This document shows, in pieces, positions 1 to 12,689 of a DNA stretch of 47,577 nucleotides (positions are counted from its first letter, which is position 1; each line of letters starts with the position of its first letter). The notes below the pieces were generated by a model, which was not told the DNA's origin, searched no databases, and saw only the letters and a program-made list of their open reading frames with translations. A program made the translations under genes and the position numbers. Origin of the DNA: Catajapyx aquilonaris. Taxonomy: Eukaryota. The stretch lies in the NCBI GenBank assembly GCA_000934665.2, contig KZ538796.1:1-47577 (forward strand). The letters run 5' to 3'.

Positions 1-2350
1 TCTACATGCATATTCATCAGTGGCTGCTCCAGCCTTTGCGCTAATTAGATATGAGTGACTTGCAATTCAAAAGTCTCTTTGAAGTTGAAATGTCTAATTA
101 GGTTTTGCTTCCCAAGTTGGAAGAAAGGAAGGGACGAAAAGGGGGGGAAGGAGGGGAAAGGGGGGGAGGGGAAGAAGAGAATCAAGGATGATCCCGGAAG
201 GCAATTGATTGATCCACACCTAATTTCCAGCCGCAAGGGATGGCTCGTATCACACTTCTAGAGTCTATTGCGGATGGCTTTTGTAGCAAGGCTAACGATA
301 ATGACCCCTTAGTAATGTCCCTTTCACTGTCCTCATTTGTTAAGGATGGTCGAATCAGAGGACAGGGTTTTTTTTTTGGAGCTTTTCTTAATCCTTGTTA
401 ATGAGTTGAGAACAAGGGTCTGATTAAGATCAACATGATGTTGGTAATCACAATTAGTATCATGCTGTGATGTAATAATGTGTCAAGAAATTTCGTCAAA
501 TTGGAGAATTTTAAATAAATTTTTAAATAATTTATTATACCACCAGAATGTAATTTTTCTATCAAAATTTGTCTCTAATTAACAAAATATTGACTGATCG
601 TTCTGAACCATGATGCCAAATTGCACGTGAAAATTTGAAATTTGAAATTTAATTTTTCAATAATTTACTATACCACCCCAGGATGTAAGTTTATGACAAA
701 ATATTGACTATGTTAAAATTTATTAACTCAATTTTGATTAAAATCAGATCGATTTGAATAATAATGCAATGATGTAATGTTTTATCAAATTTCGACCCAG
801 TGCGTGTTTGAATATTTCAAATACGGATTTTTTTTAAAAAATTATGCATTATACCACCATTCTATATGTATAATATTCCCTATGTTAAATATCTTAACTT
901 AATTTGATCATAATATGATGTTAAACTAGTTTCACAATAATTGGATACAACAGCTGCAGCTTGTAACCTATAAATCCTGCCCATAATATAATATTACAAT
1001 GTTGTTCATACAACTAATACACACCTCAATTTACCCCAAATTTAAACAACTCGTATGTTACATGTTATGACATGCATGGTCAAAATAACAAGCTAATAGC
1101 TATATTTCAAACATGAGTTACCTCATGTATTACAGTACACCATCATTTATATGCTGCGAATTCAACGGTCTGAAAGTTAAATTGCACTGTAACAAGCCTG
1201 TTGAGAACACTGTACTAGAAGTTGACTTTTTTACAGTGTTCGTGGCGAAGTTTGGTCTAAATGCATGAGTCTGCTTAAGTTCTTCTGTCGACTTTTGGTG
1301 TGCTCCGATCTCCTTCATCTGATCCCCTTAGGGAAAAGCATTTTCCGTGGGTCCCCTAGCTTCGCAAAAGAAGATAGATGATGTCGTACAAAATGTCTCA
1401 CTGTAAATTAAAACGGAAGGGACGTGAAACGGCGGTTAAAAATGGCGGGAAAAGTAACGGTCAAAAATGACGGGTAAAAGAAACGGTCAAAACAAGTTAC
1501 AAGTAGCTCCGCCTAACCAATGTACGTACAATGTTCCAAAATATGATTATGGCACACCATGTACTGGTTCTAGGAATAATATATGGTTGCATTAATTTGG
1601 TAGGATTTTGGCAGATCTACGAGCGGAGAATATTACAACATGTCGTTCATGCGCTATGAAATTAGACCCTTCCGGCAATTGGCTGGATTTCAAGATGGGT
1701 CGAAGGGTTGATGTATGGTCCAAGAAAATTGATCCTAGTCCGGGAGTTTTGTGGAGGTAAAAATGGCGTCCCCTGGTTATAAATCTTGCAAGATTGGAAA
1801 GTCTTGTGAAAGGTGAGGGAATAGCCTTCGTTTTTTTTTTTTTTTTGCTGCCCTCTGGTGAAATTCAGTAATCAAAATTGGAGTTACAGATTACTTGAGG
1901 TTGAGGCATTAAAGGTTTTAAAGTGGTCAAAGCATAGTTGCCAATATGTCAAGATCTGTTCTCCCAAAATATTTTTGTAACGTTTAAGAAATGTCTCTGC
2001 CATGCACATAAGTGATACATAAATAGTACTTGGAAAGTACATGTGTATTTTTAAGGATATGCTCTAATAGATATATCAATGTAGAAAGTGTCATTCCATT
2101 GTTAAGCTTTAAAAAGTATTTCTGAGATAGTTGTTATGGGACAAAATATTTTTGTAACGTCCAGGAAAAGTTTTTTAAACGTTTAGTAAACGCTGCCTGC
2201 AGATTTCGTTTCTTAATTGTAAAGTTTCGAATATTTTTGTAACGTTTAAGAATAGTTTGTCCCATAACAACGATTTCAAAAATACTTTTTGAAGCCTAAT
2301 AATGGGATGATACTTTCTAGTTTCTACATTGATATATCGATTTGAGCAAC

Positions 2351-2629
2351 ACATTTTTGTAACGTTTCTTACACAACTAAATATTTCTGTAACGTTTCTT
2401 ACACAACTAAATATTTCTGTAACGTTTCTTACACTACTAAATATTTCTGTAACGTTTCTTAAACTGCTAAATATTTCTGTAACGTTTCTTAAACTGCTAA
2501 ATATTTTTGTAACGTTTCTTACACTACAAAATATTTCTGTAACGTTTCTTACACTACTAAATATTTCTGTAACGTTTCTTACACTACTAAATATTTCTGT
2601 AACGTTTCTTAAACTACTAAATATTTCTG
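2351..2629. repeat. 30-bp minisatellite, ~9 copies (continues after the SINE to ~2935)
   Basis: Unit atatttctgtaacgtttcttacactactaa in exact 30-bp register. Confidence 0.97.
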
Positions 2630-2893
2630 ACCGAAGCAGGTTGGTGTAGGGGTTAAGCGTAAGGAGCCAGACTGCTAATCGGGAGACCCTGTGTTCGAAT
2701 GCCGGGGCCGGCGACCCTGACCGTGGTTTTCTGTGGTTTCCCACGGTCCCCCAGGATAATTCCGATGTCGTTTCCGTAAAAATAGGCCACAGCCACTTTT
2801 CCCTACCCTTGGTCCCATCCAATGGTGGTATTCCAACCCCCCTAATGGAGCGCAGTTCTCCCAAATGGGGTATAAATAAACAAAAATAAACTA
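2630..2893 (+). mobile_element. tRNA-derived SINE family 1 (tRNA-Ser(GCT)-like head)
   Basis: A-box tggtgtagggg, gactgctaatc anticodon-arm-like segment, B-box gttcgaat, A-rich tail. 14-bp TSD actaaatatttctg at 2616-2629 and 2894-2907. Second copy at 14179-14435. Confidence 0.9.
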
Positions 2894-4227
2894 ACTAAAT
2901 ATTTCTGTAACCTTTCTTAAACTACAAAATATTTTTTGTCCCATAAAAACGATTTCAAAAATTCTTTTTGAAGCTTTAGTAATTGGATGATATTTTGAAC
3001 ATTGACATCGATTTGAGTACCTCCTAAACAATACACATGTACCTTCAACGTACGTATACACATCATTTATGTGCATGACACTTCATCCAAAAATTTGAGC
3101 ACCATCAATTTCTCTATTCCCAGTCACCCTCTAGATTTTTACCGCCATCATAAGAATAGAAATACCCCCATTATTCCTCTACTACATACAATGAAGGATG
3201 ATGGAAACCAGCAGCGATTCATTTGCATGTAAAGCCCCGCCTTGTGAATCCCCCCTGCACCCAAGACGCTTTTCAACCTTAATTGGCATTTAGTTAAATC
3301 GATTGAACTCTCTGACTGACGTGGACGGATTAGTTCATTTGCCTGTCACTAGATGGAAGTACTTCGAACATGCCCCATTTTATTTTTTTTACTAGATTTT
3401 TTGGTGGATTTGTATGAAGCTATTTTTTGAGGGGGAGGGGGATGTTTGTGAACCTCGTAGTCATAGAATCGATCCAATTAGCTAGGGTGCACTCAAAGTA
3501 ATCACGCCGTAAAACAGTGCAGTCCGAAAGTGTGGTCACAATAACCCTGGCGACTACAGATTTTGCACCCGCTTTGAAACTACGGGCGTTAAATTACTTT
3601 CGCGTGCAGCGGTTTTGGGGCCTCACATAACTGGTAAGTACCGTAATTACTGCGCATTAAGTCAGCAATTAAGAGCCGAATTCATATCAGCACAAACAGA
3701 AAGATTTTACCCATCCTAGGACCCCCCCATCTTCTCCTTCTCGTTGCAAAGTGTTTCTTAGGCTATCTGGTGCCCACTATTTGCAAGGACTCAAGGGAAT
3801 AGTGCAAAGTTTGCATTTCCAGAGACGCATTTACACTTGGCCACCTTGCAGAAACGGTGTCTGGCTTCAAAATGACATTATTTCGGTCATCGCGACTCCT
3901 GTCAATATTTGCGCGCCGTTTTCATTTCGAGCTTGGTAAACAGGAGACATCAAAGTAATTTGATACCGAGCAGGAATTATTCAAAAACGGACTTATAAGC
4001 TTGCTAGAATCAGAGCAGGCAAATACTGGGGCTACGGTCGTTAAAAACGGCCGTTAAAAAGGTGGAGAAAAAACGACCGTTACAACATGGCCGTTACAAA
4101 ACGGCGGCTATAATATGACTGTTGAAAATGACAGTTACAATGCGACCGTTATTAACGACCGTTACATCATGACCGTTACAACATGACCGTTATTAACAAC
4201 CGTTACAACATGATCGTTATTAACGAC

Positions 4228-4517
4228 ATAAGGCGACACCGCGGCCGAGTGGTCAGCGCCGCAGCCTTTCATCTCTGAGGTCCCGTGTTCGATCCCCGGG
4301 TCGGACGGAGGATACTTATGTGGATAGACTTTTGATGGGTTCTCTCCATGTTTGCGTGGATTTTCTCGGGGTTCTTCCGTTTCCTCCCATTATGAAAAAT
4401 CCATCACAGCGCAGGTAATTATTAAAGTCGGGCATTTAAAAGATGACCCCAGACCCCCTAAGAGGCCCAAAGGAGGCCTATCACGGGGTATCCATTATTA
4501 TTATTATTATTATTATT
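4228..4517 (+). mobile_element. tRNA-derived SINE family 2 with V-domain-like core and (ATT)n tail
   Basis: A-box cggccgagtgg, B-box gttcgatcc. Core gttctctccatgtttgcgtggattttctcggggttcttccgtttcctcccat resembles the V-SINE domain (recall). 15-bp TSD atcgttattaacgac at 4213-4227 and 4518-4532. Confidence 0.9.
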
Positions 4518-4539
4518 ATCGTTATTAACGACCGTTACA

Positions 4540-4745
4540 CGAGGGTTTAGTCACTTATGCAGTCCTTCGTACACATAGACTGAAATATGGTTGCAACGTC
4601 CAGTTGGAAGTCCGACTGAATTCCAGACAAAGTTCTTAAAGTACGACTGAAGTGGATTATAAGCAGACGATAAGTCCTTGAAGTCGGATCGAAGTCCGTG
4701 AAGTCCGTCCTACGCTATAGATAGTGTCAAGTGACTACCCCCTCG
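4540..4745. mobile_element. MITE with C(A/G)AGGGGGTAGTCACT TIRs and 8-bp TSD (hAT or P-like)
   Basis: cgagggtttagtcactt ... aagtgactaccccctcg; flanks ccgttaca / ccattata. A decayed second copy lies at ~4831-5035 and a reverse-orientation relative at ~46749-47450. Confidence 0.75.
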
Positions 4746-6559
4746 CCATTATATGACCGTTAAAAACGACCGTTACAACATGACCGTTAAAAACGATCGT
4801 TATAATCTGGTAGTTTACAAACGACCGTTACAAGAGAAGTTAGTTACTTATGAAGTCCTTTGTACACCTAGATTAAGTCCGACGGGAGTCCGGACAAAGT
4901 TATTCTTATTAGAGTACGTCTGAAGCGGTGAAGCGGACTATAAGCGTATGATAATTCCTTGGAAGTCCCATCGAAGTCCGTGAAGTCCGTCGTACACTAT
5001 ATAGTGCGACAGACTCCACTGACTTCGACAGTCACATACTGTAAAGGTCGTTTTTAACGGTCATGTAGTAACGGTCGCTTTTAACTGTAATGTTGTAATG
5101 GTAGTTTTCAAAGGTCATGCTGTAACGGCGCGAGGTCACTTGACACTATACATGTCCATTTTTTAACGGTCATGTATAGTGCAATATTGGAACCGGCGTT
5201 TTCACACCCGTTACAATATGACGGTTGAAAAGGACCCAAAATGGGCCTCACAAAGGGCTTCACAATTACTTTTTCTTTTCCGGAAACGAATTAACATCCA
5301 ACCATATCAAATTTGGATTGTTGCATTTTCTATTCCACTCTTTTGTGTGGCAAAATGAAGCAATTTGCACACCCTGCACTGTTGGCAAAGGACGGCGTGA
5401 AAATCGGTAGTAATTGGTATCGAGAGGACAAAGGAAAAGTAGAATGAAAGAAGTGGATTGGTCAGTGACACGTCAAAACCTGTGTGTTTGCCCCCCTCCT
5501 ATTGGACTCCTCCCCCCAAATTTTGCAGGGGTTTTCCCCGGGCAGAGGCGGCCATATTGATTTTCCCATCTGAGAACACTAATTTTATGCTGTCATACTC
5601 GCTTCCGGCGAAACAAAGAAAGGGTCGGGATTGACTTTGACACGTTGCCAAATGATTTTCGACCTTCCCTTCCCCCCCCGCCTCTCCCCACCTCAGGGGC
5701 CCTTTGGCATTTGGCCTTACTATAGCCCCGAGTGTAAATGAGTTTCACGCCTCCTTACGGTTCCCTTTTCCCCCCCCCTGCTTTTTCCCTTTTGTGGAAT
5801 TTACTGAAAAAATATCAACGGATATAACGGCTAAATGCACACACAATGTTTGTCCATTACTAATTCACAGTTCGATTGTCACAGCCATTGTTGAAGTGGT
5901 TTAGAACTGCTTCCGGTAACGTTTCTGAATTTATGTTTATACAACTTTGTCTAACTGCAGTAAATCAAGTTTAATCTACAGCAAGCTTACACAAACTGTC
6001 GAACAAACGTATTTAAATTATCGCCTAGATTACAAAATTTCATCTAGCCACAAGCTACTGTTATACTTTTTTTTTAAAAAAAAGCAAAAAAAAACACTTT
6101 TAGGTTCAAATTGGCAGCCAGGCCTGGAGTTAATTTGGGTCGCCTTTACTTATAGCCATTGTGGTCCTCATGGACCCTTTAACAATCGGGCCTGGAAACA
6201 AGGAAGCGGTGCTTGCTAGTCTATTATAACCAACTAGATGTGCCTGCAGCAATTTAATAAGCTTTCCCACGCGCCGTAATTGAGGCTGTGCTAATGAGAT
6301 AACCGAGGCAAAAGGGAGCAGTACATTCATATCTTTGTTCTTTGTTGGAAGGCGATCGGGTGTTTATATGACGGTCAATAACGGTCTAAAATTTTCTTCC
6401 GAAAATTTCTCACTACTTTCGTTTTGCAGTAGTGTAATGGTAGCTCTAAAGCAAATTTTTGGTAGAATATATCATATGGCATGTTGGGACCGTTTCTCGA
6501 CCGTTTGACCGTTTGTCGACAATTGTTCTTAAGACGCTTAAGAGCAATATAATTTTTTT

Positions 6560-7200
6560 AACAAAACATTTCTCACTGCTTCAGTTTGTCATTGGTATAA
6601 GGGTATTCACGATACAAACATTTTGCCATGTACTTCAATAAACATTGTTATATCGATAAAAAAATTATTTCTTTGTTCTTTCCAATATGGCAATCTATAA
6701 TATTAAAATCCTTGCGGGAGTTGGCCGAGCCCTCTGATTGGTCCGACGCATATTGTTACCGCCACCTCCCCATTGGCCCGCGTTCTACTCATGCGCAATG
6801 GGGTGTAAACAACTCCTGTTGGGTTGCCGGGGAAACTGTCCATTCCCCTGCGATATGGTGCGCCGAATAAGTACCCCAGGCCGTAGGCCTAGAAAAGAGC
6901 GAGCGTTTTCCTAGTCAGTTGTTTATTTGTCGCTAAATCCGGGTGTAATATTTTTATATACAAATTCCTCACTTCTTTAGATTTACCTTGGTATAATGGT
7001 ATTCACGATGCAAACATTTTGCCGTGTACTTCAATAAATATGGTTATATAGATAAATATTAATTCCTTTCTATTTCCAATATGGCGGTGGTTGTTTATAT
7101 GTAGCTCAAGGCGTGTGTAATATTTTTTAATATTAATTTCTCACTTCTTTAGTTTTATCTCGGTATAATAGTACCCATGCAACATACTTTAGCCAGAATA
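6560..7200. repeat. Diverged ~170-bp tandem repeat, 2-3 units, first junction split by the Helitron
   Basis: ggtataa(g/t)ggtattcacgat(a/g)caaacattttgcc(a/g)tgtacttcaataaa...tttccaatatggc at ~6594-6691 and ~6989-7085; partial unit at 7135-7200. Confidence 0.85.
6694..6914 (+). mobile_element. Non-autonomous Helitron (221 bp)
   Basis: 5' TCTATAATATTAAAA, 3' hairpins (aggccgtaggcct; gaaaagagcgagcgttttc) then CTAG. Inserted between A and T with no TSD. The uninterrupted paralogous site is visible in the next tandem unit at ~7076-7100. Confidence 0.88.
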
Positions 7201-7937
7201 CCCCACTGAAAATACCTATAAGCCAAAATATTCAGACGCTTGTACAAATTACCCCACGTTATGTATATGACACCGGGTTTGGGCTAAACTAGACACAAAA
7301 CGGCTTACGTCCAGTTCCATTTGCTGCATTAATTTTGGGAAGCTCGCACAATGAGATACAAGCCATTGCCATAGCCGGTACAATAAACGTCTAACTCCCA
7401 GACCGTTGACGCAGATGAATAGCAACCGGTTCTGGGAGGCAAAATTTGGGTCCATGACGAGTGTATTGCACGTCATCAGTGGCAGGTACCGTTTGTTCGT
7501 TTAATTAGTGGTACAGACCTTGGGACTTGTCACTCTTCGGCCATTTCCCAAATTTTGTGGGCGCTGGGAAATGGACTCGTGATAATCATTTGGAGTACAA
7601 AAAAAAGTGCATAGTAATGGGTTCGTGTTTATTCAAAAAAGAAGCTAGTTTGGTTTGGAAGCCATGGAAATTTTGGGGAGCTCGTCCCGACATCGAACTG
7701 ATTTGTAGAGTAATCAAAGGGGAATGTTAACTCGGGTCTAAACTTATTTGATGGATTAACTTTCAGAGTTTAGGGCTGAACAAGCTTTGTACACACCCAA
7801 AGTTTCGAAAGTAACCTGAAGGCATTTAAATAACTGAACATCTCGAATAATTCAGCATCCAAACAAAATATAACGTACTGTATAACGGCATTTTAAGGTA
7901 TGTTTAAATAGTTTAATTAATCAACACTAAAATACAA

Positions 7938-8102
7938 GCCGTTAGACCGTTAAAAACGACAGCTACAATATGACCGTTAAAAGGACAGTTACAATATGAC
8001 CGTTAAGAAGGACTGTTACAACATGACCATGAAAAAGGTCCGTTACAATATGATCGTTAAAAACGACTGTTGCAACATGACCGTTTAAAAACGACCGTTA
8101 CA
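7938..8102. repeat. GACCGTTA array type A
   Basis: atatgaccgttaaa/aacgaccgttacaac units as at 4034-4227. Confidence 0.85.
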
Positions 8103-8741
8103 CTCAAAAAGAGCATACCTTTATGTTCCTAGTAATTCGCACAGCCAATACGAGCTGAACGAATTAGAGAGCAGTTTACCTTGAAGTTTATAGCCTGTTA
8201 ATACAAGTTAGGTTAAGGTGACGAAGAACATCCCTTCCCTATTTCCCTGCTCCTCCACCCCCTCCTTTTTTTTTCTTTTTGGCGTAAAGGGGATCTCTCT
8301 CGCCTGGTCCTCCTCCTCAAAAATCCCTAGGGAAATTTGCAGGTTGAAAGGAGACTCTTCGAAAAGACATTCCTGGCTCGGATGATGTCCTCCATGTACT
8401 TTTGAAGAGGTCATTTTCAGTCTGCCATTCTCAGTTACATGATTACACACCCTCCATGCCTATCTTACTGGATTCTTTTTCCTAACTAAGTTGAGGGGAC
8501 GTCAACAAGATGCGCCACTGGTATTGCAGGATTGAGTTGAAACATGTGGTGCGGTGGTGTCTGTTTGAACCCCAGAAGCTGACGGTTGAAAATGGGCCCT
8601 ATTTTGATTTATATTTTAAAAAACACCAAAATAACAAAATAAGTATAAAAAATAAAAGGAATAAAATAATAAAATGAAACTAATAAAACTAATAAAATAA
8701 AACCAATAAATATTAAAATGAATATTAAAATCAAACGAAAT

Positions 8742-9098
8742 AACCAAGATTGGCAAATCACGTGAGCGTGATTAGAATAGACTTTTTCATGGTTATTGGC
8801 CAGGCGCAGCCAGGGGGAAGATGTGGATAGAGTGAACCCAGAACCCGAAAATAATAATAAAAGTCTTATAGCACGGCTCTATTAAATTTGTCTGGTCTGG
8901 GGGAATGGGCGGTCAGGGGTAGGGGGTGGTGGGGAGGGGCAGCCAGGGGATAAGGTGCTGATAGAGTGAACCCGGAACACGAAAATCGAAAAAAGTCTTA
9001 TATAACAGCTCTTTCTGTCTGTCTGATTGATACCTGTCCACGGACAGACAGACAGATAGAGCCGCTCTATAAGACTTTTTTCTCGAATAAGTCTAAAA
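8742..9098 (-). mobile_element. DINE-1/Helentron-associated (HINE-like) element, full length
   Basis: On minus: ttttagacttattcgagaaaaaagtcttatag (subTIR plus inverted copy), (GTCT) microsatellite, 3' gaaaaagtctatt followed by stem-loop aatcacgctcacgtgatt and T-rich end. Confidence 0.8.
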
Positions 9099-9899
9099 TG
9101 AATAAAATTAAACTCATAAAATAACATAAAACAGATTAAATAAGTGAAATAAAGATAAAAACGAATACAAATGAAATAAAACTGAATAAAATAAAGAAAA
9201 ATGAATAAAATAAAGAAAGGGAATAAAACAAAATAGAAGTAAAATAAAAATAAACCTGAAATTATTAAAAATAAAAACCGAAAAAGTAAAATATCCCTTT
9301 CGTCAAGATTTCTTCATTGTTGAGGGATATAAAACATATATAGCCTATTTTTTCTAAGCCAATAAATAGTTTATCATTTGGACGAACATTCTGATTGTTA
9401 TTGTACCACTTTCATCATTTTCATACACTGTTTTGTACCTATATTGTTACTAATTTAAATCAATGTTCACAGTCGAGTCCATATATAGTGTTGGCTCGGG
9501 GTTGGCTCATCAGCACAGGTAGTAAGCAGGGTTGATCCTGATGAAGCGCGCGAAATACAAATTGTAGGCATTTGTGCCACTCACAAGCCCCTAGTTTGGC
9601 AGGTGGTCCCCGTTGCGCAGGTTCTCGTCATCCTTCCGTCGAAGCCGCAACTTCAAAACGACGAAACTTCCTCTTTATGACGCAACTTGCTTTTGCAGTG
9701 ATGGGGAATAAAGACGAGGAGGGGAACTAGGGAAGGGGCTTTGCGAGGAAGCCCATTTGGGTTTCCCATTACAAAGTTTGTGCCAGGAGACTCTCTCTGC
9801 ACCATCCTATTCCTCTTTCGCTATCCTCCTTCCCTTACAAAGAAAAGAGTGAGAAGGGACCTTCCTCACCTTCCGTCGGTATAGTGGCCAGTTGAAATT

Positions 9900-10730
9900 T
9901 TTATAGCTTTGAAATCGGTAGGTGTGCCTGAATATTGTTTTATAGATTTTCTACTGCTTTAAAATCGGGTTTCATATAATTTCGATTAAACCTTGACCTT
10001 TGACATGTATGAAAATATTGACATTTGACCCGTATAAGTCTTGGAATCAGTAGTTTGTGTTCCTGAACATAGTTTTCAATATTTTCTTCTGATAAAAGGA
10101 GGGTTTTTCAAATTACGTGAAACCTTGACCTTTGACATGTATGAAAATATTGGCCTTTGACATGTATAGCCTTGGAAATAGGTAGTTTTGGTTCCTGGAT
10201 GTTGTTTTTTAGACTTTCTTCTGATTTATGTCAGTATTTCATATAATTCAGACTGACCTTTGACATGGATGAAAATATTGACATTTGACCTGTACAGCCT
10301 TGGAATCGGTAGTTTGTGTTCCTGAATAATCCGTCCTTAATTCGGACGGCTTTTGAAATTAGATTAAACCTTGACCTTTGACATGTACGAAAATATTGAC
10401 CTTTGACATGCACAGCCTTGAAAATATGTCGGTTTGGTTCCTAATGTTGTTTTCTAGATTTTCTCCTGATTTATGTCGGTTTTTCATATAATTCAGACTA
10501 ATCCTTGACCTTTGACATGTATGAAAATATTGGCCTTTGACCTGTACAGCCTTGGAGTCGGTAGTTTGTGTTCCTGAATAATCCGTCCTTAAATTGGACT
10601 GTTTTTCAAATTATTTTGCACCTTGACCTTTGACATGTATAAAAATATTGAAATTCCATCTGGATTATAACCTTGACCTGTATAAAAATATTGAAATTCC
10701 ATCTGGATTATAACCTTGACCTGTATTAAA
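9900..10730. repeat. Tandem repeat of ~118-134-bp monomers, ~6 copies, with ~250-bp dimer tendency
   Basis: ccttgacctttgacatgtatgaaaatattg at 9991, 10123, ~10251, 10369, 10503 and 10621; ends in a 43-bp duplication. Confidence 0.92.
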
Positions 10731-11053
10731 ATAATAAATTTTAAGCAATTAAACCAGCTTTAATAATTTGGCTGATAATCACCGGTTAACTTTGAAATTG
10801 TAGCATGTGCTCTACTGATGAGCTGTTATCTACCTAAGAAATGACGTTATTTTGAGCCCCTGTACTATGAAGGCCTATAAAGATAAAAGGAATCGAGGGA
10901 TAGATCATAATCGTCCTTACAAGACAAAGGCACTTACGGGAGAAACGCAATAAAAGGAAATAGTGCAATGGAACTTTGTGTTTCCTTAGGCAAAGGGGGA
11001 CTTATATGTTGAGAGATATGTATAAGTTAAATTTTTGGTGTTTTATCAAATTA

Positions 11054-11268
11054 CTTGAAAAACTCGCTTCTGACTGGGTGCGGGGTACGGGCGGAGTGAT
11101 GTAGACCATCCGTCAGACAGTGAATGGATGATTCCTCCTCCCACCCACGAGAGGCGCTGCCTCCACCATCATTGCGCCTGCGCAGAATGGGGGCCAATCG
11201 GTAGCGTCGCGGTAACACTATACAGGGACCTTTCAGAAACCATACATGATTATGATTTTATAGGTGAT
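11054..11268 (-). mobile_element. Decayed Helitron related to 6694-6914
   Basis: cattgcgcctgcgcagaatgggggccaatcggtagcgtcgcggtaaca is a diverged reverse complement of ~6754-6802; both ends resemble degenerate reversed termini. Confidence 0.55.
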
Positions 11269-11373
11269 TCGACACCTTCATACCATTCCTTAAGGGTCAG
11301 TACAATGGAAAAGGGATATTTTGGCGAAAAGTGCAAGATTAATAGCAATTCTTTTGCAATTTAAACTCCCATG

Positions 11374-11596
11374 CAGAGGTGGGCACAGCTAACTTTCGAT
11401 AACAGCTAACTTGCTCAGAAAAAACCATGGACATCACCAAATCCTTAATGCTTAACAGCTAGAAAGGTTAGTGGAACCCCCCCTAATCATTCTAGCTGTT
11501 TATCATTAGCAATTTAGCGCCGCCCACGGTTTACTTACCGAATTAGCTGTTAGCGGAAGTTAGCTGAGCTAAAAATTACGGTTAGCTTGCCCAGCT
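11374..11596. mobile_element. hAT-type MITE
   Basis: cagaggtgggcacagctaac ... gttagcttgcccagct (right TIR slightly truncated); 8-bp TSD ctcccatg at 11366-11373 and 11597-11604; internal agctaac repeats. Confidence 0.8.
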
Positions 11597-12689
11597 CTCC
11601 CATGTCAACCTAAATTTCAGTGTTTCTGTGGAATAACACTCATGAATGCCTTACTCCATACCCATTTTCTTAAAACATTTTAATATAATGCCAAAAATGT
11701 ATTAAGAGAATGGTTACACAACATTCAAAAACACTTTACCTACAAAATTTATATTTGAAAACACAAAATCCATATTTTTTTTGTCCCGTCCATTACCGTG
11801 AAAGCAGCTTACAACGGCCTAAATCTCTCAAAAATTTCCGGTATTTGAACCTCAGTGAAGTTCATATATTGTACTGTATATGTGAAATTGTAGACCCTTA
11901 TTAAACAAGCCTTGACAGAAGCAACCCACATAAGTTATAATACTCAACACAACATTGCATAAAATAAGCCTAATTTTCATCACTGTCCCAATTCGCGTTC
12001 CACCAAGCAAAAACCAGGCCCACAAAAACCCCCCCGGACAAAGGAGATCTCTGCCCTCGTCCATAAATCCAACCCCAGCACATCTCTCGCCATAACACAT
12101 CGTGACCTGAACCCCGGATCGAAACACCCACAGAAAATAAAAAGTTACTGATAATCTTGGATTATCGGCCCTGGGTTCGTGTCCCGGACCCGATTGGGGA
12201 AACTCTGTGATTTATCAGTACCCCCCCAAAATCCGGATGCCACTACAAGCCTTGTTCGACCTCAGCCCGGATTCGATTCATAAACCAACGGGGTCTGCTC
12301 TACATGGAAACACCGGAGTGGATTCGGGCTGTCACCTTGATTAACGATTATTATAGCACCGGAATAACTTCTGGCTGCGGTTGATGTTCATTTATTCCTA
12401 GAGATGTCTTGGTGCCAGTTGGATGCTCTTGTGAGTAATTGTTTTTGGATGAAGTTGTACAAGAGTCTTAAATTCAGCATTGTTGCAAATTTCCTTATGA
12501 AGATACGATTTGTTATTGTTATGTTGATCATACGTGTGTGAATTTTATGAGTACCGTGAGGTAATATTCATAAAACAACAAATTAACTTTTGACCCTTGA
12601 CCCTTGACACTGTGACATGGAAAACATTTTAATGTATTTTTTGTTTTATGTATTTTTATTAATTTCTAATTTTATTATTATACAGGATA

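Larger units (their letters stand above)
1998..3080. mobile_element. Foldback-type element with ~160-bp diverged inverted arms enclosing a tandem array
   Basis: 1998-2155 (tgccatgcacataagtgat...ttatgggacaaaatatttt) is an imperfect reverse complement of ~2926-3080 (aaaatattttttgtcccataa...atcatttatgtgcatgaca). An extra partial arm copy lies at ~2256-2350. Confidence 0.65.
4034..5230. repeat. Degenerate ~17-bp GACCGTTA array (type A) interrupted by a SINE and MITEs
   Basis: Units aaaacgaccgttacaacatgaccgtt at 4034-4227 and 4746-4832, reversed at 5041-5230. Confidence 0.85.

Noticed and set aside
2351..2629. Possible CRISPR array
   Set aside because: Head-to-tail 30-mers with no unique spacers, no cas genes, eukaryotic context.
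2633..2715. tRNA-Ser gene (also tRNA-like heads at 4232, 14360-14432, 38759 and 43318)
   Set aside because: No complete cloverleaf; each continues into a SINE body, three with tail and TSD.
2175..2864. 229-aa ORF with RNVTEIFSSV repeats
   Set aside because: Read-through of an antisense SINE plus the 30-bp minisatellite; the frame is open only because the unit is a multiple of 3.
3484..3612. Degenerate inverted repeat (tgcactcaaagtaat / attactttcgcgtgca)
   Set aside because: Short, mismatched arms with no TSD; possibly an old MITE but unsupported.
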